DNA from: a virus
Lineage: Duplodnaviria > Caudoviricetes
Virus record (IMG/VR): IMGVR_UViG_3300029288_001872
Location: 1 to 64,000 of that record
Reading direction: 5' to 3' (one strand)
Length of the DNA stretch: 64,000 bases
The notes below the pieces were generated by a model. The model made no database searches and was not told the DNA's origin. It was given only the letters and a program-made list of their open reading frames with translations. Positions 38,546 to 48,434 of the stretch are shown one piece after another; positions within the stretch are counted from its first letter, which is position 1, and every line of letters begins with the position of its first letter. The translations under genes and the position numbers were made by a program.

Positions 38546-39766
38546 TTATATTGCTACCTTGTAGATATCAAGACTGTTTTTTATAACGTTTTTATCATCA
38601 TTTTTAAAATTAATATCTTCTATCAAACAAGACAATCCCATCCCATTTAAATTAGTTCTAAGTTCTTGCATGATATCAGCAGGTGCAGTAGCCAATTGCG
38701 GTTTAATAGCATTTAATGCGTTTACTCCCTCGTTCAACGCGGCAACGCTTAAGCGGTAGGTCTGGAGGAGTAGAGAATCTTCGCGAAGACTGAAAAAAAA
38801 TTGCCCTCCGCGTTTTTCTGGTGACTGTGACATCTCCCTGTATCCTCTAATAAATCGCCGTGCTCCATCTGCCATTATAGAAAGGTTGTTATTTGCTGCA
38901 CCCCAATCACTTAATGCATATGCCAAATCGGGGTCATAAGGGTTTTCTTTCAATGCTTCGATATTCAATTTATATGCTTCTTCCATTCTATTTTTTTCAT
39001 ATAAAGACTTTATGATCGTAAAAAAAATCGTGGCATTAAATTTCGTTGGATCAATTTTATCCTTCAAACTAATATACCATTTGCCATACTTTATCGATTC
39101 TTCCGTATAACCATGATGTCCAAGAAGCTGGGAGAGGTAAAATAAGGTATCTTTTCTAGTTGGATTCCCTTCCTCATCCAAATCTTCCATCTCTTTCATC
39201 AGCAAACCATGAGTTCTTTCAAACTTCAATCGCATTTTTTCTTCAGACAAATCATATCCATAATGCTCTATTTCAAGCATATCACAAAGAACTGCTGCAC
39301 CTTCAAATATAGGCGAGTTATGAATTCTGTGTTTATATTCTACTTTGCCTTTCTTAAATAATCTAGCGCTATTGCAAGACATTACTGTTTGACCTTGCTG
39401 CATGTCTCTAATTGGAATGGCAACAACATTATATTTGTCTTGTACCATTTCCAACCATTTCTTTAGTTTCTTTATAGAAAAGTCTTTTGACGGAACAATT
39501 TTTTCGTCAGCATCGATTATGAGTATAAAGTCCGCGCCATTCTCTTCAGCATATTTTATTGATTCGTTCCTATGATGTGAAAAATTATCCTGCCAAGGGG
39601 AATGATATAGTTTTACATTATCGAATGATTCTAGAATAGAAATTGTTCGATCAACACTGCCGGTGTCTACACATATGACCTCATCAACGATTCCTTTCAA
39701 GGAGTTTAGGCTTTGGGTTATAAATCTCTCTTCGTCCCGAACCATAAGACACGCTGTAATTTTCAT
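38546..39766 (-). CDS. GT2 glycosyltransferase with helical/TPR-like C-terminus (protein-glycosyltransferase architecture)
   Basis: 'MVRDEE', 'DTGSVD', 'WQDNFS..RN', 'DADE', 'RIHN', 'HYGY'. Confidence 0.85.
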   Translation of the reverse strand: MKITACLMVRDEERFITQSLNSLKGIVDEVICVDTGSVDRTISILESFDNVKLYHSPWQDNFSHHRNESIKYAEENGADFILIIDADEKIVPSKDFSIKKLKKWLEMVQDKYNVVAIPIRDMQQGQTVMSCNSARLFKKGKVEYKHRIHNSPIFEGAAVLCDMLEIEHYGYDLSEEKMRLKFERTHGLLMKEMEDLDEEGNPTRKDTLFYLSQLLGHHGYTEESIKYGKWYISLKDKIDPTKFNATIFFTIIKSLYEKNRMEEAYKLNIEALKENPYDPDLAYALSDWGAANNNLSIMADGARRFIRGYREMSQSPEKRGGQFFFSLREDSLLLQTYRLSVAALNEGVNALNAIKPQLATAPADIMQELRTNLNGMGLSCLIEDINFKNDDKNVIKNSLDIYKVAI

Positions 39767-40458
39767 AACACCTCATTTAAATACCGATAATTATATTTTT
39801 GATTTAAAATCAATTGATATAGTGCTTTCCAAGTATTTCTCTTTTTGTTTGCTCTAGAATTACAAGATGTACAAATTGAGATCAAATTATTAGGATGACA
39901 ATTTTTCTTGTCATAATCGACATGGTGTGCTGCTAATCTTTTTGAATTGTTTTTACAAGAAGGGTTTAAACATTTATAGCCATCCCTCTCTTTTATTTCG
40001 TCTCTATATTCTTTGGTCCACAGACAACAATAAGATTCAGTTGAAGTTCCACCCTTCCAATTATGGTTGTTAGGGCCACTTATTTTTAATATGGTCTCTT
40101 CGCTAAGTGGACCTTTCTTTATGCCCAATTGAGATTCAGAAATTTTTATTCTTGTTTCTTGTGTTACTTCATGTCCTAAATGTGCTTCACTCTTCTTCTT
40201 TTTGGTTTCTTCTGAATCTTTTTTCCCTTTTATTTTTTTACTATGATTAAGACACCATTCTAAAGAACTATTTCTATCTTTGGTACTACACCCACGAGAA
40301 CAATAACTCCCATTATTCTCTGGAAGATTAAGACATAATACTCCACAATATTTACATTTATTAATCTTGTATCTTCTATATTGGATACCACAATGATAAA
40401 TAATTGTATAATCATCAATCCATTTACAATTATCAAATATTTCTTGGGTTAATTTCAT
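39763..40458 (-). CDS. HNH endonuclease with NUMOD3 repeats
   Basis: 'SEETKKK', 'NWKGG', 'RDGYKC', 'HHVDYDK.N...NLISIC'. Confidence 0.85.
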   Translation of the reverse strand: MKLTQEIFDNCKWIDDYTIIYHCGIQYRRYKINKCKYCGVLCLNLPENNGSYCSRGCSTKDRNSSLEWCLNHSKKIKGKKDSEETKKKKSEAHLGHEVTQETRIKISESQLGIKKGPLSEETILKISGPNNHNWKGGTSTESYCCLWTKEYRDEIKERDGYKCLNPSCKNNSKRLAAHHVDYDKKNCHPNNLISICTSCNSRANKKRNTWKALYQLILNQKYNYRYLNEVL

Positions 40459-40663
40459 ACACCTTCCTTGCTGATCTTCAATTTATCTTTCCTCTTTTAA
40501 ATAGTTTTTATTACCAAATAGTTTCTTCACCTAAACTTTCCCAGTAATGGCGATCCAACTCATGTTCAATCGCTCGCCGCTCTTTCTCTCTATTCATCCC
40601 GGCCAAAATGAAAATCGTCCGGCCCAGACATCCCCGGCAGGTCGTCTTGGTTGCAATAAAGCA

Positions 40664-42133
40664 TTATCTCTTCCTTCTCAATTCATTAAATCCCGCCAGA
40701 CTAATGAGGCCATATCCTACTGGCGTAGAATGAAGACCGTCAGCATCGCAATCAGGGTCCGCAGCCTTTAAGTCCCAGAGATTGACTACTGGCCCTCCGG
40801 GGCGGAATTGGCCAATATAGGCTTTACTGTCCACGATCACCGCTTCAGGGTAACTGACCCTACACATGGATGTCAGGGAGGCATTCCAGGCATCAATGGT
40901 TGACATATCGTTGGCTACGGCGCTCACCGATGCAACCGGCCCCTCATTGACCAATCCCACAGCATTGTCAAATGTTAGGACAAGGGCTGACCCATCCGTG
41001 ACTTGTATTTTTTGGTTGTTCCCAGCTTCACTGAATCCGCCCCACTGTATCCAGGTTCCCAGCGATACGCCATCTACAAGCCACGACCCCGTGGCCCTAG
41101 TGTAGGTCTTGGCTGCTGCATCCACTGTGACATTGGCCACGGTCAGACTGAACTCATCCCCATTGGTATAAGGCGGCATCAGCATAACTAACGGAATGAT
41201 AGAATTTGCCCTGCAAAGGTCTAAAATATCCGCCCAATCAGACAGATGATTTGCTTGGACATAATCTCCGTTTCGCAGGTTGTTTGTGCCGCCATCAATA
41301 ATTGCGATCCGTGGTTTAAGCGCAATACAATCGGCAGCAAACCGAGATAGAATCTCCGAAGTCGTATCACCCCCGGCACCCATGTTTTGAATCGTGTAGG
41401 CTGGATTGAGGAAGTCACGAAACTGCTCAATAATGGTAGAACCGGGAAGGTAGATATCTTGAAGACCCTGTAAAAAAGAATAATTGGCAGGTTGACCGGC
41501 CATACCGGAGTCACCAATGCCCACGATATGAGGTGCCGTGTCCATAAATAACTCAATAGGCACGGCAGTGTTGGCTACAGTGCTCTTGCTTTCCCAATCA
41601 TAGCCGGTAGCATCCGGCGTGGCGTTGCTGATGTAATAGAGGACCATCCCGGCAATGCCGGTGCGGGCACGAAATAGGTTCTGAGTACCGGAGGTCTTAG
41701 TAATCCGTAGTCCGTAATAATCCCCCACCTGGACGCCAGCAATCGGCGTTGAAAGAGTGATAGTTGCAGTGGCTCCAGCTACCAGGGAAGCCAAGAGGTT
41801 TTCCGTGGTGGACCCCACTCGGTCATAAGTTCCCGCTTCATTCCGTCTCCAGACTTTCACATAGACGCCTGTAATTCCTGTGAGAGTCGCCCCGGCATAG
41901 ATTTTGATTTGCGAGATAGTCCCTGCCTGCCGGATGCGGTAAGACGGCCCCTTAAACAGAGCTTCCCTGGCGGTATAGGCCAGGCCGCCGTAGTTCGGAG
42001 TGTCTTCACTAACCGTAGCATAAGGCCCCACAATCACCGGCCCGATGTTAGGGATTAGGTTAGCTACCTCCGGCCAATATAATGGTTTCTTTTTCCCTAC
42101 AAGATTAATCCGGTTCCCACGCAAATAAGGCAT
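40664..42133 (-). CDS. SGNH/GDSL hydrolase with an N-terminal beta-sandwich domain
   Basis: Blocks 'GDS', 'GAGGDT', 'GGTNN', 'DGLH'; GC-rich. Confidence 0.8.
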   Translation of the reverse strand: MPYLRGNRINLVGKKKPLYWPEVANLIPNIGPVIVGPYATVSEDTPNYGGLAYTAREALFKGPSYRIRQAGTISQIKIYAGATLTGITGVYVKVWRRNEAGTYDRVGSTTENLLASLVAGATATITLSTPIAGVQVGDYYGLRITKTSGTQNLFRARTGIAGMVLYYISNATPDATGYDWESKSTVANTAVPIELFMDTAPHIVGIGDSGMAGQPANYSFLQGLQDIYLPGSTIIEQFRDFLNPAYTIQNMGAGGDTTSEILSRFAADCIALKPRIAIIDGGTNNLRNGDYVQANHLSDWADILDLCRANSIIPLVMLMPPYTNGDEFSLTVANVTVDAAAKTYTRATGSWLVDGVSLGTWIQWGGFSEAGNNQKIQVTDGSALVLTFDNAVGLVNEGPVASVSAVANDMSTIDAWNASLTSMCRVSYPEAVIVDSKAYIGQFRPGGPVVNLWDLKAADPDCDADGLHSTPVGYGLISLAGFNELRRKR

Positions 42134-42134
42134 A

Positions 42135-42719
42135 TTAATCCCTCAAAATTCCAAATGTCAACTTCAGATCAATAGTCCCTAAATAAGTCGGCGTCCCGGT
42201 TGTTCTCATTACGCAATAAAGACTTTTAGTTGCAGGAGCAGATTTAATTGGCAATCCCAAATTACTAACACATGCCACTGAATTATCAGCCAACGATTTA
42301 TAATCACTTGCAGTTATTTCTGCCCACCCAATACAATTACCCAAATCTGCATCACTAATATCTAAAGCCGCATTATCAGTATAAGTAGTTAATGAAGTTG
42401 ATTTAAATAAAAATATTTCCATTGCAGCGTTTTTCTTAGCTAAATCTTGCAATGTGATTGATTGTAAAACACCAGTTCCAGCATTAACTCTAACTGCTCC
42501 TGGTATCGCAAAACCACCACCTACACAATCATTAGCGGTATAAGTAGCCAAAGAAACTGCTGGAGTGACTTGTACAATAGTAGTATTTCCTCCGACCTCT
42601 CCAATATGATTTTCACTTGCTGTGATTGGAGTTCCGGCAGAAATAGTATTAAGGAGGTTTACGGTTTGATCGCCATGCTTGTCTCTGAGGTTAGTGTATG
42701 AACTGGTTGGTATCGCCAT
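42135..42719 (-). CDS. Putative virion structural protein
   Basis: A/T/S-rich, beta-type composition; located after the capsid genes. Confidence 0.5.
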   Translation of the reverse strand: MAIPTSSYTNLRDKHGDQTVNLLNTISAGTPITASENHIGEVGGNTTIVQVTPAVSLATYTANDCVGGGFAIPGAVRVNAGTGVLQSITLQDLAKKNAAMEIFLFKSTSLTTYTDNAALDISDADLGNCIGWAEITASDYKSLADNSVACVSNLGLPIKSAPATKSLYCVMRTTGTPTYLGTIDLKLTFGILRD

Positions 42720-42751
42720 AATGATTCACTCCGTTAAAATTTACTTAAATT

Positions 42752-43231
42752 CTATTTTCCTACAAGTTTCGCCAATTCCACTAATATCTGATCTTGACCT
42801 AATTTCAATAAAGCCAAAGTGGTTTTCAAATTTGATAATTCATCTTTATTCTCATTATATTTTACATATAAATCAGAAATATGATTCACATTAGTAACAC
42901 TTCTTTCATGTTCAGCACTATGTTCTGGACAGTCTCTTGGACATATAACTAAATTTTTTTCTGTTTCGATGTTTGTCTTACCTATTACTACGAGTTTTGA
43001 TTTGATTAACAACCAGCCCACAAATCCGAATACCACTATCGTAGCTACTGTTCCTGTAACTACACCTAATATTACATCAATATAAGAAAAATCTACAGTT
43101 TGCGGATGATTGATTTGTAATGGTGTAGTTTGTGCCAATACAACAGGAAAAATAAAAGCAATCATAAATAAGATTAATCCAGTTATAAATAGTAAGTTTT
43201 TACATTTTTTATTTTTAAAGTTAATTGTCAA
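42752..43231 (-). CDS. Membrane protein with a C-terminal coiled coil
   Basis: Two hydrophobic helices and a heptad tail. Confidence 0.5.
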   Translation of the reverse strand: MTINFKNKKCKNLLFITGLILFMIAFIFPVVLAQTTPLQINHPQTVDFSYIDVILGVVTGTVATIVVFGFVGWLLIKSKLVVIGKTNIETEKNLVICPRDCPEHSAEHERSVTNVNHISDLYVKYNENKDELSNLKTTLALLKLGQDQILVELAKLVGK

Positions 43232-43369
43232 TTCATATACTCCCCCAAAATGAAAAAGAAAAAGGACAATTTCAACACTTTTAATTAAGGCAAAATTGTC
43301 CCATAGTTTTATCCAATGTAATGCTCCACTTATGCTTCTCCGCTAGCGATTGAAATCAAAGACATAAAT

Positions 43370-43639
43370 TTAAAGTTTCTCAAAATGGGAAGGAACAAAT
43401 TCACCTTCTTGAAATAATTCAGTTTCACCTTGATTGTACAGTTTCTTCTTAGTAGAAACCCAACATTTATTTCTACAAATATATTTTCTAGGCCAAGATT
43501 CTTCCACAACTTCTGGTTCGACAATCACTTCTTCTTTTACTTCCACAACTGGTTCGGGAATTATTTCTTCAACAATAGGTTCAAAGACTTCTTCAACTTT
43601 ATTCTCATATGTTTCAAAGGCCGATTTAACTTTAGCCAT
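43370..43639 (-). CDS. Acidic Glu/Pro-rich hypothetical protein
   Basis: GGAG RBS; follows the cement gene. Confidence 0.5.
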   Translation of the reverse strand: MAKVKSAFETYENKVEEVFEPIVEEIIPEPVVEVKEEVIVEPEVVEESWPRKYICRNKCWVSTKKKLYNQGETELFQEGEFVPSHFEKL

Positions 43640-43665
43640 ATGTATATTCTCCAATCAAAAAGGTT

Positions 43666-43697
43666 CTAGTGTGGGAGACGCCAATCTCCCACACTAG
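43666..43697 (-). terminator. Hairpin terminator after the cement gene
   Basis: 13-bp stem CTAGTGTGGGAGA / TCTCCCACACTAG. Confidence 0.7.
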
Positions 43698-43705
43698 GTT
43701 AATGG

Positions 43706-44170
43706 TTATTCATACATTTTGGGCAGCGAAGCAGAATCTAACCAAGCATCAACAGTACCAGCAGAGCAAGTAGCACCGCCAAGAGTACCTTTGACACGCA
43801 GATAACGTTTGCAAACAGGTGGTAGAGCGCCACTGTAAATCAACTTGCCAGCAGTAAGCAAATTATGAGTCATGCTGGAAGCGCCAGCCAGATTCAAATT
43901 CATCAAATTGGAAAAAGAAGCTGCGGAATTGGCAGTGGCATCCTGCAAATAAAGAGCAACAGTGCCGGTGGCAGCATTACCAGAAATAGCAGTGCCAACG
44001 CGAACGTGAATATACACAGGTTCGCCACGGCCTACATTTGGATTCCGAGCCGTAGAGTTCCAGTCTACCGAAGGCCCAGTATCTACAGTATTCCCTTGAA
44101 TAGTTACACCACTAGCCCCAGCTAAAGACTGAGCATCATAAAAACTTAACTTACTATCCATGATCGCCAT
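43706..44170 (-). CDS. Capsid cement/decoration protein (Bbp16-like)
   Basis: 'MAIMDSKLSF..AQ', 'G.GEP', 'LP...RYLR', 'AGTVDAWL'. Confidence 0.8.
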   Translation of the reverse strand: MAIMDSKLSFYDAQSLAGASGVTIQGNTVDTGPSVDWNSTARNPNVGRGEPVYIHVRVGTAISGNAATGTVALYLQDATANSAASFSNLMNLNLAGASSMTHNLLTAGKLIYSGALPPVCKRYLRVKGTLGGATCSAGTVDAWLDSASLPKMYE

Positions 44171-44197
44171 AATAATTAACTCCTATTTAGCAACTAT

Positions 44198-45061
44198 TTA
44201 AGTCGCTTTTTTCTTCAAATTGTTTAGTTCACATTCAAGCCATATTGCTACTCTCATTAAATCTTCTGGATCAGTCACCGAGTTTTTTATAGAATTTGCC
44301 TTATGACTAATAACCATAATATTGTTTTTCACATAACCCAATTCGGGGATTATCCTATCTAATGATGGGCTGTCAAATCTTGAAACATCATTAACTTTTA
44401 ATTTTATTTCTGGAAAGACAGGACAATATTCTGGAATAATAATATCAGACAATTCTAAATTAAACGGCAAATCTAGCTTTTTAGCTCTTGATTTAGCTGA
44501 ATGGAACATAATATATTTGGGTGCCAAACCTGTACTTTTTGAAAGTCCGTGTTTGGTAAATGTCTTAATTAATGTATCAACTCTTAAACACCCACAGCTT
44601 TTAGTATGACCATTTCTTAAAGTGCCAGTTCTAACAAATGTTTGATTTCCACAATCACATTGGCATAACCAGCGAGATATTTTCTTCTTTAAATTTGGCG
44701 CTTCTTCTAAAACCAAAAGTCTACCAAATCTTTGACCAACTAAGTCCGGTTTGTTTGGAGCAGAATGCCTTATTTTTTGATTATTTTCTCTAAGAATTTC
44801 TAAAATTCTATTCCCAGATAAATCAAATTGTTTTCCTATTTGTATTGAATTTAAACCACCAGCATATAGCTCAACAATCTTTTTGTTCCGGTCTGTAAAA
44901 TCTGGCTTACCACGATGTCTTGTGTGGAAATTGTTTTCTTTAAGAATTTCTAAAACTCTTGCATAAGATAAATTAAATTGTTTTCCCACCTTTTCTGCGG
45001 TGGCTCCATTTATATAGGTTTTAACAATTTCTTGATTTCTTTGTTCCAATTCTGGAAGCAT
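44198..45061 (-). CDS. HNH-type homing endonuclease with two N-terminal HTH repeats
   Basis: 'GQRFGRLLV...WLCQCDCG', 'CPVF', 'PSLDRIIPELGYVKNNI...AN'. Confidence 0.85.
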   Translation of the reverse strand: MLPELEQRNQEIVKTYINGATAEKVGKQFNLSYARVLEILKENNFHTRHRGKPDFTDRNKKIVELYAGGLNSIQIGKQFDLSGNRILEILRENNQKIRHSAPNKPDLVGQRFGRLLVLEEAPNLKKKISRWLCQCDCGNQTFVRTGTLRNGHTKSCGCLRVDTLIKTFTKHGLSKSTGLAPKYIMFHSAKSRAKKLDLPFNLELSDIIIPEYCPVFPEIKLKVNDVSRFDSPSLDRIIPELGYVKNNIMVISHKANSIKNSVTDPEDLMRVAIWLECELNNLKKKAT

Positions 45062-45086
45062 TTATATTTTCCTATTCAAAAGATAA

Positions 45087-45122
45087 TTTCATGGTAGGGT
45101 TTAGAATTACCCTACCATGAAA
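45087..45122 (-). terminator. Hairpin after the major capsid gene
   Basis: 14-bp stem TTTCATGGTAGGGT / ACCCTACCATGAAA. Confidence 0.65.
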
Positions 45123-45130
45123 AGTTTTAC

Positions 45131-46105
45131 TTAGGTCAAAGCTGACTCAGTTCCGAGCAAGGCGTCAGCTTTGAGAATTTTTATACCTCTGAAGCGCATC
45201 GTCGGCAGACCCCACGGACCCTCTGGAGTGTATGTCACATTTGCCTTATCTTTGCTTTCTTTATCCAGACAACCAAGAACGGTAGCATTAGCATACATTA
45301 CAGCACCAGCACCATCACCCGGCATTTGACGCAGAGCATCAATAAGAGTATCAGACAAATTAGAAGCAGTGGCAGGAATGTTACATACACGTTGCACACA
45401 ACGGTCGTCACGGACAGCAAGACCAGCCCATACTTTGAATTGAGTCTGCCAAACCTTATAAGGAAGGCCATTTCCATCAGTGACAGTCAATTCTCCATCA
45501 TCTTTCTGCACAATACCAACATTGGCATCAGCATTACGAGGATAAAGTAGATGGCAAGTGGTTGGCCCCCAAGTCACGATCCAAACAGAACTTAGGGCTG
45601 ATCCAGTCCCGCCATAGTTATGTACATTATGAACAGCACTAGTACCAAGGGTGGTCAGAGTGGCATAACGAGTAGCAAAACCGTCGAACTTTTCAGGAGA
45701 GCCAACAGTGGTTCCATAAAAAATCTGAGTTGCTAAGGTTTGACTCATACCTTCAACGAAAGCCAAATCCTCATCCATACGGAAAGCCATAGGATCGGGA
45801 GACAATTCAACAAGGGCGGAGTCGATACGGCTAAAAGATTCCAACATGCCGATAGATTCCACAACCTGGGTTACTTCAGATTTCTCTAAAGCTACACCAG
45901 AATTAATTTTGCGCCAAGAACCAGCAGGCAAATAGACACGTTTAGAGGTCGTATGTGAAGTTTCAGAATTAGCTCTAATCCAAGGAGCGTCATCTAGTAT
46001 AGAGTTAGATTTACTCAGAACTTCCGCAACAGCCAATATTGCATTATTCTTGGTGCGTTTTGCTAAACTAACTAAAGTCATTTGATTTGCAGTCAAAAGT
46101 GCCAT
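45131..46105 (-). CDS. Major capsid protein (HK97 fold, BPP-1 Bbp17-like)
   Basis: 'NSILDDAPW', 'LPAGSWRKIN.GV', 'AFVEGMSQ', 'FDGFATRY', 'FRGIKI...DAL..TE'. Confidence 0.9.
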   Translation of the reverse strand: MALLTANQMTLVSLAKRTKNNAILAVAEVLSKSNSILDDAPWIRANSETSHTTSKRVYLPAGSWRKINSGVALEKSEVTQVVESIGMLESFSRIDSALVELSPDPMAFRMDEDLAFVEGMSQTLATQIFYGTTVGSPEKFDGFATRYATLTTLGTSAVHNVHNYGGTGSALSSVWIVTWGPTTCHLLYPRNADANVGIVQKDDGELTVTDGNGLPYKVWQTQFKVWAGLAVRDDRCVQRVCNIPATASNLSDTLIDALRQMPGDGAGAVMYANATVLGCLDKESKDKANVTYTPEGPWGLPTMRFRGIKILKADALLGTESALT

Positions 46106-46123
46106 CTATATGTTACTCCTGTT

Positions 46124-46909
46124 TTATCCTTTTTTCATAGAAGGGTATAAGGTTTCAGGCAGGGATTTTTCCTTCTTCTCATCAGAGTTTCCGGGTTTGT
46201 CCATCCCACCACCTGCACCATCTGATTTAAGAATACTATCTCTAAATTGATAGTTTTTAATTAAATATTCAATAGCTTCTTCAGTAGAAGCCAACTCGCC
46301 ATTACTTTCAGAAAGGATTTCATTACCGTTAAACTTGCCAACTGCTCTCAATTGCCCTTCTTTCTCCACAACCTCAAAATTATTACCAAAGTGTGAATAG
46401 GCTAAGTCAGATGGCATTACAGTCTTAGAACGTAGATATTCAGAACGATCAAAGGCTCCTCTCACGAGAAGATTCCGAATCTGATTTTCTTTAGTTCCAA
46501 GTAGAGCTTCCTTCTTGGCTAGATTCTCTTGAAATTCTTTTCTAGTTTGGGCCATAGTCTTTTCATGCCCATCAATTAAACTTTTTCTCACCTCGTCTAG
46601 TTTTCCTGCATCAATAAGTTCTTTCTCACCTATGAGTTTGACATCTTCCAAAGCCTTCTTTGCTTCCTCTGGATTCAATCCTTCCCATTTCTTGACTTCT
46701 TCATCAAATTGAGCTTCTAAAGCATCAATCCTCTTGCGCCTCTCGGCGCTTTCGTGATTAAGAGATTTGACTTTCTGTTGCAATTCACTAGCATCAAGTG
46801 AGATTTCATTTTGACCATCTTGGTCAACATAAACGGGTTTTCCTTCCACTACTACGACATGACCTTCTTCATCAAGTTTTAATTTCAGGGGGTATTTTAA
46901 TTCAGCCAT
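46124..46909 (-). CDS. Capsid scaffolding protein
   Basis: 'LKLDEEGHVVVVEGKPVYV', coiled coil, 'EEAIEYLI..Y..RDSILK'; directly upstream of the MCP. Confidence 0.8.
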   Translation of the reverse strand: MAELKYPLKLKLDEEGHVVVVEGKPVYVDQDGQNEISLDASELQQKVKSLNHESAERRKRIDALEAQFDEEVKKWEGLNPEEAKKALEDVKLIGEKELIDAGKLDEVRKSLIDGHEKTMAQTRKEFQENLAKKEALLGTKENQIRNLLVRGAFDRSEYLRSKTVMPSDLAYSHFGNNFEVVEKEGQLRAVGKFNGNEILSESNGELASTEEAIEYLIKNYQFRDSILKSDGAGGGMDKPGNSDEKKEKSLPETLYPSMKKG

Positions 46910-46980
46910 TTTGTTTCTCCTCTCGGAGTGTGCCTTGTTCGTTGGGCATCACGCCTTAAAATCCTTATATATTATTAATA

Positions 46981-47024
46981 AAAAAAAGAACTGGACAGAG
47001 CATCACGCTCTTATTTGCCAGTTC
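46981..47024 (-). terminator. Hairpin plus poly-U in the scaffold leader
   Basis: On the - strand: GAACTGG...AGAGCGTGATGCTCT..CCAGTTC-TTTTTTTT. Confidence 0.6.
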
Positions 47025-47128
47025 CTTCAATTGCCCTCTTAATGAGGATTGGTGGATAATCTGATTTATTTAATTATATGTTTAGTTATCAGTAGGGTCT
47101 CTAGGCATATAACCTTCTTATTAATTTT

Positions 47129-47722
47129 TTAATTAACTTTCTTGATTGTTATAGTTTCTTCTGTTTTATTTTTACTTTTTTCTTCTTTCTCTTTTTCTTT
47201 AGTTAATAATTGGTCCACACAAAACTTTAATCCAGTTATATTCTCAATAGATTTTACCATTTCATATGAACATTCATTATCTCTTTTCTTTAAACACAAA
47301 TTACAAATACTTATTTTATATGGTTTTGGATTTTCAATTTTCATACTTGGATACATAGCATTTGGTGTTGGAAGAATTTTAGATTTTTCAACTTTATTTT
47401 CTTCTTCTAATTGCTTTAATGCTACATAAATTTTTCCAGTTATTTGACTAAGCAAATTATATAGTCTTTCTACTTCATAATGTTTTCTATTGCAAAGAAT
47501 GTCAAGAACTTCATCTCTTGAAGGAATTCTACCAAGAAGACCAACAAATGGTTGCGAAATAGTTATTATTTTTTCGTCAATTTCCGATTCCAAATACACA
47601 GGAATTTTATCCCAATCAATTGTCCCATCTAATTTTAAATTGCAACAAAATCCTTCATTCCCAAGTTTTAAATCTTCACCATTACAAGGAAGTTTCTTTA
47701 TTTTTTCTTTCCAATCCTTCAT
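47129..47722 (-). CDS. Hypothetical protein
   Basis: GAGG RBS; 197 aa. Confidence 0.55.
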   Translation of the reverse strand: MKDWKEKIKKLPCNGEDLKLGNEGFCCNLKLDGTIDWDKIPVYLESEIDEKIITISQPFVGLLGRIPSRDEVLDILCNRKHYEVERLYNLLSQITGKIYVALKQLEEENKVEKSKILPTPNAMYPSMKIENPKPYKISICNLCLKKRDNECSYEMVKSIENITGLKFCVDQLLTKEKEKEEKSKNKTEETITIKKVN

Positions 47723-47934
47723 ATAACCTCTTTATTTTACAGGTTAATCTTCTTTCAATTCTATTGGTAAGTTTATATTAAATATTTGGCAACGTGGATA
47801 TGGTTTTTTTGATGGTTCGCAAACAGATTGATACATAATAAAACCAATACATTTACTCCCAATACATTTTGTGTTATCAAGCAACTGATTAAAACGATAT
47901 GGACATTCCATATAACCTCTCTCTATTTTATAGA

Positions 47935-48210
47935 TTAATCATTAATTGCTGTATTAAGTTTATAAGAAATTTTATCTTTTATAAAATCATAGTTATTATA
48001 AATGGCATCAATTACTTCTTCAAAAATCCATCTACAATAATCATATTCATCCTTTTTATTCTTCAGATAAATATTCAAACAATGATCATCTACCACTAGT
48101 TGACATCTTCCGCCGTATTCATCTGCTAAAGTCATAATTGGACGATGTATAGCAAGATTATGACTTACTTTGGCAGGAAATGATTTATCTGTCTTAACTA
48201 TTTTGTACAT
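47935..48210 (-). CDS. Hypothetical protein
   Basis: GAGG RBS. Confidence 0.5.
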   Translation of the reverse strand: MYKIVKTDKSFPAKVSHNLAIHRPIMTLADEYGGRCQLVVDDHCLNIYLKNKKDEYDYCRWIFEEVIDAIYNNYDFIKDKISYKLNTAIND

Positions 48211-48434
48211 AAAACCTCTCTTACTTTATAGGTTCACGATAATCAATAAATGCGCTCATCAACTTTCCAGACATGAAATTAAATTCAAAATTGAACTTGC
48301 CAGTCTTATTGGAAGACTGCCATTTGTCAAGTTCAAGTCTTAATCTCTGTATAACTTTTTCTGGTGATGGTGATGTTTGCATAAGTAATGTTTAGGTAAG
48401 GTTAGAGTAAGTAAATAAATAAGTATCTAAATAT

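Noticed and set aside
42354-42366. 13-nt match (ACTAATATCTAAA) to the IsrB guide region
   Set aside because: Low-complexity AT sequence that misses the TAM-proximal seed; plausible by chance.
44198-45130. Endonucleases as group I intron or intein cargo
   Set aside because: Flanking genes (MCP, cement, tube, TerL C-terminus) look complete, spacers are too short for ribozyme cores, and no intein motifs were seen.
48385-48424. Third, degenerate pentamer tract (TTAGGTAAGGTTAGAGTAAG)
   Set aside because: Only two GGTNN units and no hairpin.
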